A stretch of DNA of 64,000 nucleotides from Heterodontus francisci (lineage: Eukaryota), in the NCBI RefSeq assembly GCF_036365525.1, contig NC_090378.1, positions 119,211,593-119,275,592 of the forward strand. Reading direction: 5' to 3'. Made by a program: the position numbers and the translations under genes. Below, piece by piece: positions 62,701-64,000 of this stretch (the first letter of the stretch is position 1; every line of letters starts with the position of its first letter). The notes under the pieces are model-generated. The model saw only the letters and a list, made by a program, of their open reading frames with translations. It was not told the origin of the DNA and did not search any database.

Positions 62701-64000
62701 AGGAGGTGGGACTGTGGTTCCATTATGATATATTATATATAACTGTGGGTTGTGTCAGTACAGGAGGTGGGACTGTGTGTCCATTATTATATATTTTATA
62801 TAACTGTGAGATGTGTCAGTACAGGAGGTGGGACTGTGTGTCCATTATGATATATTATATAAAACTGTGGGTTGTGTCAGTTCAGGAGGTGGGACTGTGT
62901 TTCCATTATGATATATTATATATAACTGTGGGTTGTGTCAGTACAGGAGGTGGGACTGTGTGTCCATTATTATATATTATATATAACTGTGGGACGTGTC
63001 AGTACAGGAAGTGGGAATGTGTGTCCATTGTTATATATTATTTTTTACTGTGGGATGTTTCAGTACAGGAGGTGGGAATGTGTATCCATTATTATATATT
63101 ATATGTAACTGTGGGACGTGTCAGTACAGGAAGTGGGAATGTGTATCCATTATTACATATTATATATAACTGTGGGACGTGTCAGTGCAGGAAGTGGGAC
63201 AGTGTATCCATTATTATATATTATATATAACTGTGGGATGTGTCAGTGCAGGAGGTGGGACTGTGTATCCATTATTATATATTATATATAACTGTGGGAT
63301 GTGTCAGTACAGGAGGAGGGAATGTGTGTCCATTATTGTATATTTTATATAACAGTGAGATGTGTCAGTACAGGAGGTGGGAATGTGTATCCATTATTAT
63401 ATATTATTTTTTACTGTGGGACGTGTCTGTACAGGAGGTGGAAATGTGTATCCATTACTATATATTATCTTTAACTGTGGGATGTGTCAGTGCAGGAGGT
63501 GGGACTGTGTGTCCATTATTATATATTATATATAACTGTGGGATGTGTCAGTGCAGGAGGTGGGACTGTGTATCCATTATTATATATTATTGTTTACTGT
63601 GGGATGTGTCAGTACAGAAGGTGGGAATGTGTATCCATTATTATATGTTATATATAACTGTGGGATGTGTCAGTACAGGAAGTGGGAATGTGTATCCATT
63701 ATTATATATTATATATAACTGTGGGATGTGTCAGTGCAGGAGGTGGGACTGTGTGTCCATTATTATATATTATATATAACTGTGGGACGTGTCAGTACAG
63801 GAAGTGGGAATGTGTGTCCATTGTTATATATTATTTTTTACTGTGGGATGTTTCAGTACAGGAAGTGGGAATGTGTATCCATTATTATATATTATATATA
63901 ACTGTGGGATGTGTCAGTGCAGGAGGTGGGACTGTGTGTCCATTATTATATATTATATATAACTGTGGGACGTGTCAGTACAGGAAGTGGGAATGTGTGT
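53775..64000. repeat. 61-bp satellite array (CTGTGGGATGTGTCAGTACAGGAGGTGGGACTGTGTGTCCATTATTATATATTATATATAA)n, >165 copies, runs off the window end
   Basis: Direct tandem repetition with 2-mer and 3-mer higher-order periods. Confidence 0.98.

Noticed and set aside
53790-63779. Hydrophobic ORFs of up to 911 aa
   Set aside because: Translations of the 61-bp satellite.

Overview
Repeat-dominated vertebrate genomic DNA from a cartilaginous fish (shark); the C-region sequence resembles my recollection of the horn shark type III light chain, but the species is not verified. The only clearly functional gene elements are on the - strand and belong to an immunoglobulin kappa-type (type III/NS4-like) light-chain unit: an unrearranged J segment with a 23-bp-spacer RSS (50911-50984), a 7.7-kb intron, and an intact C exon (43184-42856) with a polyA signal. 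No V segment is visible anywhere in the window. The 13 kb upstream of J holds a TC microsatellite, a 159-N gap, a Tx1 fragment and a >10-kb 61-bp satellite. The rest consists of four large minisatellite families (36, 34, 45 and 61 bp units), many nested CR1/L2-type LINEs, Tx1-type LINEs, Gypsy and retrovirus-like pol remnants, solo LTRs, hAT MITEs, DeuSINEs and a decayed intron-containing Harbinger Myb/SANT gene. A block at about 9.6-12.3 kb appears to be a paralog of the kappa J-C intron. Nearly all long ORFs in the supplied track are artefacts of repeats or transposons.
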